From Promethearchaeota archaeon (GTDB taxonomy: Archaea > Asgardarchaeota > Lokiarchaeia > Sigyniarchaeales > SOKP01): DNA of 31,313 nucleotides. The stretch is taken from the NCBI GenBank assembly GCA_048938005.1, contig JBHLMQ010000032.1, positions 3,912 through 35,224 on the forward strand, read 5' to 3'. Positions 9,979 through 18,315 of this stretch are shown piece by piece. Within the stretch, counting starts at the first letter, position 1. The number at the start of each line of letters is the position of its first letter. The notes beneath the pieces are model-generated. The model was not told where the DNA came from. It ran no database searches and was given only the letters and a program-made list of their open reading frames with translations. The position numbers and the translations under genes were made by a program.

Positions 9979-10563
9979 ATGGTTAAAAAATTTCCTGGTA
10001 CATTATTTTTGATTGTAGGTAACTCTGGATCTGGAAAAGATTCTATCATTTCGGGATTAGCTAAAAAATATCCTTCAAACTTGATACAAATTTATGTTCC
10101 AAAAAGATATATTACGAGATTTCCATCTGAGTTTGAGAAAAATATTTCAATAACTACTCGTGAATTCAGAGAAATGGATAAAAATGGAATGTTTGCATTA
10201 AAATGGCATATTTATGAATTAGACTATGGAATTCCTATAGAAATAGAGAATTATCTTAAAAATGGACACCCTGTTATAATAAATGTTAGCCGTACAATAG
10301 TAAAGGAAGCAAGAGAAAAATATAAGAATATTAAAGTGATTTTTATTGAGGTTCCATTTGAAATCACTTATAAAAGAATAAAGGATCGAAAAAGAGAAAG
10401 TGAAGTTTTGTTAAAAGAAAGAATTGAACGGGCGAGATCACACCAAAAATTTCCTGAAGCTGATTTTATAGTTGATAATTCCGGACATTTGGATGATGCT
10501 ATTAATCAATGTCTAAACTATCTATTAAAAGTTATAAATGAGAAAGAAAAAGCGAAAATTTAA
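9979..10563 (+). CDS. phnN: PhnN-like ribose 1,5-bisphosphokinase / guanylate kinase-like P-loop kinase
   Basis: VGNSGSGKDS, RYITR, FALKW..Y...YGIP and INVSR are the PhnN pattern. Confidence 0.75.
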   Translation: MVKKFPGTLFLIVGNSGSGKDSIISGLAKKYPSNLIQIYVPKRYITRFPSEFEKNISITTREFREMDKNGMFALKWHIYELDYGIPIEIENYLKNGHPVIINVSRTIVKEAREKYKNIKVIFIEVPFEITYKRIKDRKRESEVLLKERIERARSHQKFPEADFIVDNSGHLDDAINQCLNYLLKVINEKEKAKI

Positions 10564-10615
10564 ATAAAATTTTTTTAGAATTAAACATTAAAATTTAATA
10601 TTAAAAAGTATTTAT

Positions 10616-10714
10616 GGCTCGGTTCGTATAGTGGTTAGTATTGGGGACATTTCTATTTGTTATAGAGACCCTAATGTGAATCCCTAGAGACGGGTTCAAT
10701 TCCCGTACCGAGCC
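10616..10714 (+). tRNA. tRNA-His(GUG) with genome-encoded G-1 and a 26-nt intron at position 32/33
   Basis: 8-bp acceptor GGCTCGGT/ACCGAGCC (G-1:C73 His identity), D-loop AGTGGTTA, anticodon stem GGGGA/TCCCT, T-arm ACGGG-TTCAATT-CCCGT. Removing 10649..10674 gives the loop CU-GUG-AA. CCA is not encoded. Confidence 0.9.
10649..10674 (+). other. tRNA intron with relaxed BHB motif
   Basis: Central helix GGGG(10643-46)/CCCT(10669-72), bulges AC|A and AA|T, inner stem TTTCTAT/ATAGAGA; outer helix is weak. Confidence 0.85.
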
Positions 10715-10768
10715 CTCTTATTATAATCATATTAGATTATTACAAATAATAGAACATATGAAATAACT

Positions 10769-11221
10769 TTGAATTTAGATAGAGATAAACTGAGAGACCT
10801 TCCCGGTTGGGAAAAAATTGCACCAATACCAATATGTATGGGAGGAGATTATCGTGCTTTAACCTTTTGTTGTAAGCCTGGCTACTCTTTAACATTTATT
10901 TTCAAATGTAGAAGAGATGAAAAATTAAATGAGTTAGGGCTTAGTCCTGAGGAATTTATCCAAATCAAGGAGGAATTTTCGAAAGAAAATAATTGGGATT
11001 CTGAATTCGTTTGTTTCGGATCTCTCTCTTATTGTTGCATGAGAAGAAATGGCTGTTCAAGAAGAGATATTGCGTTATTAGAAAGATATCCAAACATGGA
11101 TTTAGAGGATATTATGAGAATTTATTTTCAAAAAAAAAAAGAATTATCCAAGAAAATATTAGAATGTATTAAAAACGATGATGCTAAAAAGAAGGTTAAA
11201 CCATATTTAGACTTATTTTAA
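10769..11221 (+). CDS. Methanogenesis marker 9-like Cys-rich domain protein
   Basis: W...AP..IC.GGD.RAL.FCC.P and CFGSL.YCC....C..RD match the marker-9 pattern as I recall it. Confidence 0.75.
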   Translation: MNLDRDKLRDLPGWEKIAPIPICMGGDYRALTFCCKPGYSLTFIFKCRRDEKLNELGLSPEEFIQIKEEFSKENNWDSEFVCFGSLSYCCMRRNGCSRRDIALLERYPNMDLEDIMRIYFQKKKELSKKILECIKNDDAKKKVKPYLDLF

Positions 11222-11277
11222 CAATTGTTTATTAATAAGGTTTTTTATCGACTCTTATATAAAAGTATTTATAGAAT

Positions 11278-12231
11278 ATGATAGTATCTATTACTCATGA
11301 ATTAGATCTTGATGGATTAGGCTCTCAAGCGATAATTAAAAGATATTTTTATCATTTTCTTAAAAAAAATGAGAGTGAAATTATCCTTTATTATGCTCAT
11401 TACTCTAATTTTATAGAAAAAATAAAAGAAATTCTAACAGTTAATACACTTCCAGATCAACTAATTATTTCAGATATTGGTTTTAATGATGATTTTAAAA
11501 AACTCTTTGTACTTTTTAAGCAATATAAAGAGAAATCTCATAAGATCCTCTGGTTTGACCATCATTTAGTAGACAGAGATAATGTAGAAGAATTGAAGAA
11601 AATATTTGATTTATATGTAAATGATCCAAATAGATGTAGCGCCGAAATAATCAAAGATTATTACTTACCAGATGATTCTATTGCTAAAAAAATAGCACTA
11701 TATTCAAGAGATATAGATTTTCATACAAAAAAATACTCCGTTGCATCTAATCTTCAATCTATTATTGCTTACAACAGAGGATATAAATTAAATAAGGTTA
11801 AAACAAAAGTTGTTGGTTTAATGTCTAATGGGATTTTTGAAAATGATTGGTACAATGAACAATTATTAAATATAAAAAAATGGGAAAAAAAGCAGTCGGA
11901 TTTTGCATTAGATCATACAAAATTAATAGAAATTGAGGAAGTCGGAACAATGGCAATTACTTTTGCAAAAATAGGTGGTGGAAAATTAACATCTATTCTT
12001 GAAGAAAATTATCCTGCTGCAAAATTATTCATTGGAATTGATGCTAGATATAATGAAATAACTTTACATAGCGAATATATTAATTGTAGAGAATTAGCTA
12101 GGTATTTTAAAGGGGGAGGTCACAAAAATAGAGCTGGATTTAAATATGAAAACATTTTTATAAAAGAGAATAAAATAGATCAAATTTTTATTCAAGCATT
12201 AAAAGAGAATATTCTAAAATATCGAATTTAA
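11278..12231 (+). CDS. DHH/DHHA1 phosphoesterase (nanoRNase NrnB-like)
   Basis: THELDLDG, ISD, WFDHH and GGGHKNRAG. Confidence 0.88.
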   Translation: MIVSITHELDLDGLGSQAIIKRYFYHFLKKNESEIILYYAHYSNFIEKIKEILTVNTLPDQLIISDIGFNDDFKKLFVLFKQYKEKSHKILWFDHHLVDRDNVEELKKIFDLYVNDPNRCSAEIIKDYYLPDDSIAKKIALYSRDIDFHTKKYSVASNLQSIIAYNRGYKLNKVKTKVVGLMSNGIFENDWYNEQLLNIKKWEKKQSDFALDHTKLIEIEEVGTMAITFAKIGGGKLTSILEENYPAAKLFIGIDARYNEITLHSEYINCRELARYFKGGGHKNRAGFKYENIFIKENKIDQIFIQALKENILKYRI

Positions 12232-12355
12232 AACAAATATTCCTTATATCGTAAACATTTTGTAAAAAAAAGTAAAACTATTGATATTTGTTTTTGTCGT
12301 GTGAAAAATAGGAAATTTTATAAAGCAATATTTTTTTCCTTTAAATAAGATTAAG

Positions 12356-12514
12356 ATGATTCTTGTAAAAGTTATGAGCCATCCTAATAGGGATGATATT
12401 TATATTAATGAAATAATAACACCTCACAATGAGATTACACAAAGCGACAAACAAATGGTAAATCGGATTCTTCTTAAAGAAGTCGCTAGAACAGAGGTAG
12501 ATATATCAAATTAG
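12356..12514 (+). CDS. Possible small protein (52 aa), not in the ORF track
   Basis: MILVKVMSHPNRDDIYINEIITPHNEITQSDKQMVNRILLKEVARTEVDISN occupies an otherwise empty intergenic gap. Confidence 0.4.
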   Translation: MILVKVMSHPNRDDIYINEIITPHNEITQSDKQMVNRILLKEVARTEVDISN

Positions 12515-12569
12515 AACTTAAATTTTTATACAGGATATTAAAATAAAAAAAATAATTATTATTATAGTT

Positions 12570-13586
12570 TTAACTAATTTTTGTACAAATTAATGGAACT
12601 ACATAACCTAAAATAAAGGTTGCGAATGCATATCGTGCAAATCTATAAATAACACTATCGATTTTTATTAGATATTCAAACGGTAAGTAAGCAATCATCA
12701 AAATTACTATGCCAAGTATTATATTTATCAATTTCTTTTTATTGGTTAGTTGTGAGGGATTATATTTGACATACTCTTGCTCCAATAGATATCCTAAACC
12801 AAAACCTAATAGTGCACCTCCAACTTGAGCAAAAGCTCCAGCATCTCTATAAAAAAGGGGAGGTGTAACTAATCCTAAGCCAGCATTGGGAAATAATAAG
12901 GTTCCAATCAGAAATAATAAAATTGAAATTATCACTGTAAATATTATTTTGGTTATTAAGTTTAATTTATTGAACTGTCCAGAGAAAAATGGTTCTAAAT
13001 ATATATACAATAATAGAATTCCAATACCTATTAAAAACCCTCCCACCACATCTTGTAAATCATGGACTCCGATTATCATCCTTGAAATAGCAACAAGAAA
13101 AACTATAGCAGAGAGAATAATTGGAACAATTGGAACTTGTTTATATTTATATTTGTCCTTAAACTCAGTAGCTAAATATTCATAAGAACAAAAGCTGTTT
13201 TGAGTGTGACCTGATGGAAACCCATATTTAGGTTCAATGAATCCATATTCTTCTGTGGGATCAATATTAGTTGATGGTCGTGTATCCTGAAATATCCCTT
13301 TAAGTGTTTGATTAAGATATTGGGAAATTAACAAAATCACAACTGCTCTTTTTGCTAAGTTCTTATTATATCCTAAATATAGAATGGCTCCGATTATTAT
13401 ATAAGTAACGGGCTCACCTAAATATGTTATAACTTTAAATATGGCTCTAACAGTAGAGCTTTCCCCATAAAATTTTTCATTGAAGCCTGTGAAATATAAA
13501 GTTATTCCAATTATTATTACAGCTAAAGAAGTAGTTCCTAGAATCAATAAAGCTCTATTTGATAAAAATTCCTTTTTTTCAGACAT
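12570..13586 (-). CDS. PAP2-family membrane phosphatase
   Basis: K.....RP, FPSGH and SR...GVH...D motifs with many TM segments; likely start is the ATG at 13586 (MSEKKEF) rather than 13652. Confidence 0.9.
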   Translation of the reverse strand: MSEKKEFLSNRALLILGTTSLAVIIIGITLYFTGFNEKFYGESSTVRAIFKVITYLGEPVTYIIIGAILYLGYNKNLAKRAVVILLISQYLNQTLKGIFQDTRPSTNIDPTEEYGFIEPKYGFPSGHTQNSFCSYEYLATEFKDKYKYKQVPIVPIILSAIVFLVAISRMIIGVHDLQDVVGGFLIGIGILLLYIYLEPFFSGQFNKLNLITKIIFTVIISILLFLIGTLLFPNAGLGLVTPPLFYRDAGAFAQVGGALLGFGLGYLLEQEYVKYNPSQLTNKKKLINIILGIVILMIAYLPFEYLIKIDSVIYRFARYAFATFILGYVVPLICTKIS

Positions 13587-13733
13587 TTTTAAAACCAATA
13601 TAAAATTAATTAAAATCTTATGTGTTAAAGAAACTAATAAAGATTTGTACAAAATTATTAAAATTGATATAAATTATTCTTAAATAGAGGAAACTTACAT
13701 TAGTGAGGAAAAATTATACTAAAAAAGATTTAT

Positions 13734-14411
13734 TTAATCAATTTTAATATCTGTTTGTTTCTCATCAATTTTTTTTAGTTTTACTTCCAAAATACCATTA
13801 GTATACCTAGCTCTCGCATAATCTGAATTTATTGCTGATGGTAATTCAACCTCTTTATAATAATTCCTCCCTTTGTCCTTAAATTTTGTTGAAATAGTTA
13901 ATGAATTTGTAGTTGCTTTTAGTTCGATTTCTTCTCTCGTAACTCCGGGCATTTCACAAATAACGATTATCTGATCACCTTCTTCATTAACTTCAGTCAT
14001 TGGTTCTCTGACTTTTTTAACTTCTGGTTCTCCAGAATATGGTTTTGCTTTAATATTGCCGAAGGAATCTATAGTTGGTTTACCATCTTTACCAATATTT
14101 ATATTAAATCCATACATGAAGGGAAATCCGAACTTAGATTTATTCTTCATGAATTCTTTGGTAATATCTTCAGGCGAGAGATTTTGAAATTCAGAGGGTA
14201 GATTATTCCTGATTTTTTCAAAAATTTCTTTAAATAGACGTCGAAAATCTTTAGATCTTAATAATTTATTTGGATCTATTAAAAATTTATTAGGATCACT
14301 AAAAAATTTATTAGGATCATCAAAATATTTAAAAAAATCATAAGGGTCTCCTTTTTCCTCATCTTCATCTTCTTCGTCATCTTTATTTTTTTTAGGCATT
14401 TTTGTTTTCAT
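13734..14411 (-). CDS. hsp20: Archaeal small heat-shock protein Hsp20
   Basis: YGF.I.IG.DGKP.I..FGN, REP..EV, EMPGV and A.Y.NGILEV.L.K alpha-crystallin motifs. Confidence 0.92.
   Translation of the reverse strand: MKTKMPKKNKDDEEDEDEEKGDPYDFFKYFDDPNKFFSDPNKFLIDPNKLLRSKDFRRLFKEIFEKIRNNLPSEFQNLSPEDITKEFMKNKSKFGFPFMYGFNINIGKDGKPTIDSFGNIKAKPYSGEPEVKKVREPMTEVNEEGDQIIVICEMPGVTREEIELKATTNSLTISTKFKDKGRNYYKEVELPSAINSDYARARYTNGILEVKLKKIDEKQTDIKID
14263..14318. repeat. Three-copy 21-nt-period coding tandem repeat inside hsp20 (DPNKxxx)
   Basis: aatttattWggatc at 14263, 14284 and 14305. Confidence 0.8.
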
Positions 14412-14588
14412 CTAAAATGTTTTTGAATTCTAAGATATCAATTAAATTTAATAAGCCAAATTTTTAATTAATTATTATAGTAGCTAAAAACTAAATAGCT
14501 TATATTCTAGAAAAAATTGTTTAGATTAATAAATCTATTCCCATTAAAAACTTAGTTATCAAAAAGTAAAAACTGGAGAGGAAATTAA

Positions 14589-16415
14589 ATGTATTCTGAA
14601 TTAAGTGATGATGATAAAAATATGTATTTAGATGTGTTGCGAGAGGCCCCAATACTACCCTTTTCTAATTTTGTAAGCCGTGGCGATATTCCTGATAAAG
14701 TAGATATCTCACGTCCTCGTGCTTATATAGATAGAGAAGTTTATAGACTCGTGCAACAAACTCATAGGGATAGATCTAGTAGATTAATTCCAATATTAGG
14801 ATCTGCCGGAACTGGAAAAACTCATGCTTATCACTCATTCAAGGATAAAGAACGTGAAAATAGAAGAAAACTTGAAGGCACTGATGAGTCATTAGAAATT
14901 GATGCAAGTAAAATAGCTACTTCTGCTGATTGGACTATTGTTTATGTCCCCAGCCCTCCCGCAAGTATCCGTGTTCTTCTTCATGTTTATACATGTATCA
15001 TTGAAGAACTTGGTGCAGAATTACTTGATATCGTTTCTGAGAAGTTAATTAAAAAGTGGGGTGGAATAAAGAAGGGACTTTTTCAAAAACCTAAAATTGA
15101 TGAAGTTATTCAAAAAGGTATTAGAGAATTTCCAGGAGTATTTGCTGATTGTGTAAAAGCATTAGTTACTTATCAACTAGAAAAGAATAAAAAAGCTCTA
15201 GCAGAACGTTGGCTTCTAGGGGAGGATTTAGAAGATGAGGAATTAGCCGAATTAGGGATTAATTCAGTCCTCGAAGAAGATGATGTTTGTCTTGCAATGA
15301 TTAAAATAATAACAGAGAATTTGGATAAGGTCCTTATCCTTTATTTCGATGAACTTGAATCACCTTATAGAATGTTGGGTGAAGCTGCTGAAAGGAAGTT
15401 TCTCGAAATTTTAAAAAGATTATATAATGAAGTTAAAGGATTAGTAATCTCAATTGCAGTGTTAAAAGAAATTTGGCCAAGGATCATCGAAATTGCAGAT
15501 GCTCCATTAAGATCCAGAATGGAGCCTGAACAAGATTTGAAACCGTTTAGCTTAAATGATCTTAAAATCTTTTTCTCAAAATCGATGGAAACGTTTTGGG
15601 ATGATAATAATTTAAATCCTCCTTTATATCCGCTTTTTCCATTAAATGAGAAATTAATTGAAATGATATATGAGAAAACAAAAGGAAATCCTAGAAATTC
15701 TATTAAACTTTGTAGAAGATTCATTGACAAAGTAGTTATGGATGAAATGAGCGTTGATGAATTATTGAAAGTTGGAGCAGAAATTGTTGCAACTGCTAGA
15801 CCCAAAGCAGAAATTGAAGCAGAAGAAATGATTGATTTCTCCAAACCAAGAGAAGTTATCAAGAAGACAATTGAGGATATTTTAGCAGAGGAAGAATATT
15901 CAATTGATGTAAATCCTCAATCTGTTGCTGGTGCCACATTAAAATGCATAAATATGGTAGGAGAAGAAAAGAGAAAAAAATTCAAAACCCAAATGGAATT
16001 TAAATTCAAGCTTGGGAAAAGAGCGCAAACTCTAGCTGCGTTAATTGAAACTGAAGGTAAAAAATGGGGTTTAGAGATTCCGTCGATTAAAACTTTTGAA
16101 AGAAGTGCAGGAGTTGCGGGGTATTATGCTGCTAAACGACTAAAAGATGCGATTACTGAAAAAGCTATTAATGCGGGGATTCTAATTGTGCCAGAAGGAA
16201 GTAGTGGAGCTAAATTCGAATCAATCTTACAAAATACACCTGAAATTCATAAAGTAGAAATAAATAATGAGATGGGAGAAAAATTAATTTCGAATGCTTT
16301 GCGTTGTCCAACCTTAGAAGGCTGGAATATTGCTAAAATACTATTTCCTGATATTGGTGAATATCAACCTCCTATAGTTGAAGAACCTCCATCTAATGAA
16401 GATAATACAGAATAA
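14589..16415 (+). CDS. AAA+-type P-loop ATPase (BrxD/DUF2791-like features) with extra C-terminal alpha/beta domain
   Basis: Walker A GSAGTGKT, Walker B LYFDELE, Arg-finger PLRSR, sensor-2 GNPR and A.RWL.GE.L. Confidence 0.75.
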   Translation: MYSELSDDDKNMYLDVLREAPILPFSNFVSRGDIPDKVDISRPRAYIDREVYRLVQQTHRDRSSRLIPILGSAGTGKTHAYHSFKDKERENRRKLEGTDESLEIDASKIATSADWTIVYVPSPPASIRVLLHVYTCIIEELGAELLDIVSEKLIKKWGGIKKGLFQKPKIDEVIQKGIREFPGVFADCVKALVTYQLEKNKKALAERWLLGEDLEDEELAELGINSVLEEDDVCLAMIKIITENLDKVLILYFDELESPYRMLGEAAERKFLEILKRLYNEVKGLVISIAVLKEIWPRIIEIADAPLRSRMEPEQDLKPFSLNDLKIFFSKSMETFWDDNNLNPPLYPLFPLNEKLIEMIYEKTKGNPRNSIKLCRRFIDKVVMDEMSVDELLKVGAEIVATARPKAEIEAEEMIDFSKPREVIKKTIEDILAEEEYSIDVNPQSVAGATLKCINMVGEEKRKKFKTQMEFKFKLGKRAQTLAALIETEGKKWGLEIPSIKTFERSAGVAGYYAAKRLKDAITEKAINAGILIVPEGSSGAKFESILQNTPEIHKVEINNEMGEKLISNALRCPTLEGWNIAKILFPDIGEYQPPIVEEPPSNEDNTE

Positions 16416-16425
16416 GATCAAAAAT

Positions 16426-17349
16426 TTAAATTTTTTTTATAAGTTCTCTTATCTTATCATTTAAATCATTTAGCTCTTTTGTTAGTCGAGAAGCTCTTTG
16501 AGTATAATTTTTTAATTTCGTTAATATATCAATTAGTCCATGATCTTCAAATGCATGCGATATTTCGATCAATCTATCTATTGGTTCAATGAAATTATTG
16601 TATAAAAATAATTGAGCATTATCCAAATCATTAGAAATTTTTCCTACTTGACTGTAAAGACTCTCACGTTCTTTTATTAAATCAGGAAAGAAACCTACTT
16701 GTTCTCCTTTGTTTTCTAAAAATGAAGCAATTTCATCTTCTTGTACAATCCCGGCTAATTCGGCTGCTTTTAAAAAACTTTTTTTTGCTTTTCTATATAA
16801 CTTTTTATTTAACAATTGCTCTGCAAGTTTTACTTCAGCTGCTAATTTTTTAGGAATATCTTCTCCTAAATCTATCAATTCACGCGCTTCAGATAGTTTT
16901 CCATCGTCAAGCATTTTTTTAGTTCTTTCATTAATAGTCTCTTTTATAATTTTTGGTTCTTTTAGTTTCTGTAATAGGCTTAAAATTGAATTTAATGCAT
17001 CCTGTAACAATTTATTCATCTTGTTTTTATCATCAGTAAAATTTTGAATAATCTTTGCTTCAATATTTTCAAAAATACTTTTTAAAGAGACTAGATCTTC
17101 TCCTTCTTGTAAAATAAAGCTTAGATATAGATTATCTTTGTTTATCGATTCAGCACTAATTTTTTTTGAAAAATATCGATTATCTCCTTTACGGACTGTT
17201 ATTTCTAATAATTCTTTTTTAACATGTTTTTCAGAAAATTCCTTTAAAATATCTTGTGGAATTTTTTCATCTTGTTTTAGATAATATTCAGCTAAGATGT
17301 TTGGTCCAAATGATTTATCAATTTCATATAAAATAATTGCTCTAGGCAT
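16426..17349 (-). CDS. Hypothetical protein with putative uDENN/longin-like N-terminus and helical-repeat C-terminus
   Basis: AIILYEIDKSFGPNILAEYY resembles the hhhhxFD...GP.h...Y start of uDENN/longin domains; the rest is amphipathic helical. Confidence 0.6.
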   Translation of the reverse strand: MPRAIILYEIDKSFGPNILAEYYLKQDEKIPQDILKEFSEKHVKKELLEITVRKGDNRYFSKKISAESINKDNLYLSFILQEGEDLVSLKSIFENIEAKIIQNFTDDKNKMNKLLQDALNSILSLLQKLKEPKIIKETINERTKKMLDDGKLSEARELIDLGEDIPKKLAAEVKLAEQLLNKKLYRKAKKSFLKAAELAGIVQEDEIASFLENKGEQVGFFPDLIKERESLYSQVGKISNDLDNAQLFLYNNFIEPIDRLIEISHAFEDHGLIDILTKLKNYTQRASRLTKELNDLNDKIRELIKKI

Positions 17350-17576
17350 AGTATTAAATCTCTGATAATTTGTATTTTCTACTTATTTTAATATTATAGA
17401 TTTAATAAGCTTTCGATTTTAAATTTTTATTTGATTTAAATAATTAAAGTAGTATTAAATAAAAATTTCTGGGATAAATTGTGGAGGAAAAATAGGTAAC
17501 TAGAAAACTTATTACTAGAATTACGATTAAAAGAAAGAAGTTTTTCTGGAATCTCTTTATTTATTCTTTTTTTATT

Positions 17577-18257
17577 TTATTTATGCAGGGATAACGGTTC
17601 TTTTTTCATAGGTTTGATGGGACGTTGCCATGAATTATTATACCACTTTGGATATTTTTCTGTGAATATTTGATCAATCTTTTTTAAAGGCACATCTGAA
17701 TAAGCACCCCAGTCTCCTATATATTCCACAAATAGATTCCCTTCTGTGTCATATGGTGCGAATAAAGCATCTTTTTCACCATCAAATTCAACCATAGGAA
17801 AAAAACCTCCCTTAATACAGGTTTTTTTATCAAAGATTGGTGCTGCTTTTATCCATTTTCCGTTTAAATATAACTCACTATAGGCATGGCAATGAAAAGC
17901 CTTTGTACCCATTAAATCAACAAGCCTTTGAGATATTTTATGATTGATAATGTCAACCATATGAATACGAGCAGGAATACCTATAGCTCGTGCTAAAGTT
18001 GATAACAATGTAGATTTAGACATACAAAACCCATACTTTCTTCGTAGTGTGACTGAGGCTTTAAGATTTGCTTTAATTTTTGGATAATATGAAAATGCAT
18101 TATACTTTATGTTATCTCTAACCCAATAAAATAGAGCTATTGCTTTTTCTTTATCTGTTTTTAAATCTTTAGTAATTTCAAAAGCTTTTCTACTCACGAA
18201 TTTTTTATTAAAATTAAAAAATTCCGTTGGTTTTAGATAAATACTAAAATCCTCCAT
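17577..18257 (-). CDS. Transglutaminase-like family protein (copy 2)
   Basis: LFYWVRD.IKY, GFCMSKS, LARAIGIPAR, HAYSELYL.GKW. Confidence 0.9.
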   Translation of the reverse strand: MEDFSIYLKPTEFFNFNKKFVSRKAFEITKDLKTDKEKAIALFYWVRDNIKYNAFSYYPKIKANLKASVTLRRKYGFCMSKSTLLSTLARAIGIPARIHMVDIINHKISQRLVDLMGTKAFHCHAYSELYLNGKWIKAAPIFDKKTCIKGGFFPMVEFDGEKDALFAPYDTEGNLFVEYIGDWGAYSDVPLKKIDQIFTEKYPKWYNNSWQRPIKPMKKEPLSLHK

Positions 18258-18315
18258 AAATAGTAAAAAAAAAGGGAATTCTTAAAGATTATTTTAATTG
18301 ATTATAATTACAAAA

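Noticed and set aside
10648-10679. Reading the tRNA as Lys(UUU) with a canonical 37/38 intron
   Set aside because: It would need A33 and C37, gives no proper BHB, and conflicts with the G-1:C73 His identity pair.
14263-14318. Periodic repeat as a CRISPR array
   Set aside because: The period is only 21 nt, it lies within a coding sequence, and there are no spacers or cas genes.
14505-14512. TTCTAGAA heat-shock-element-like palindrome upstream of hsp20
   Set aside because: A single 8-mer in very AT-rich DNA; the same word occurs elsewhere in the window, so there is no support for function.
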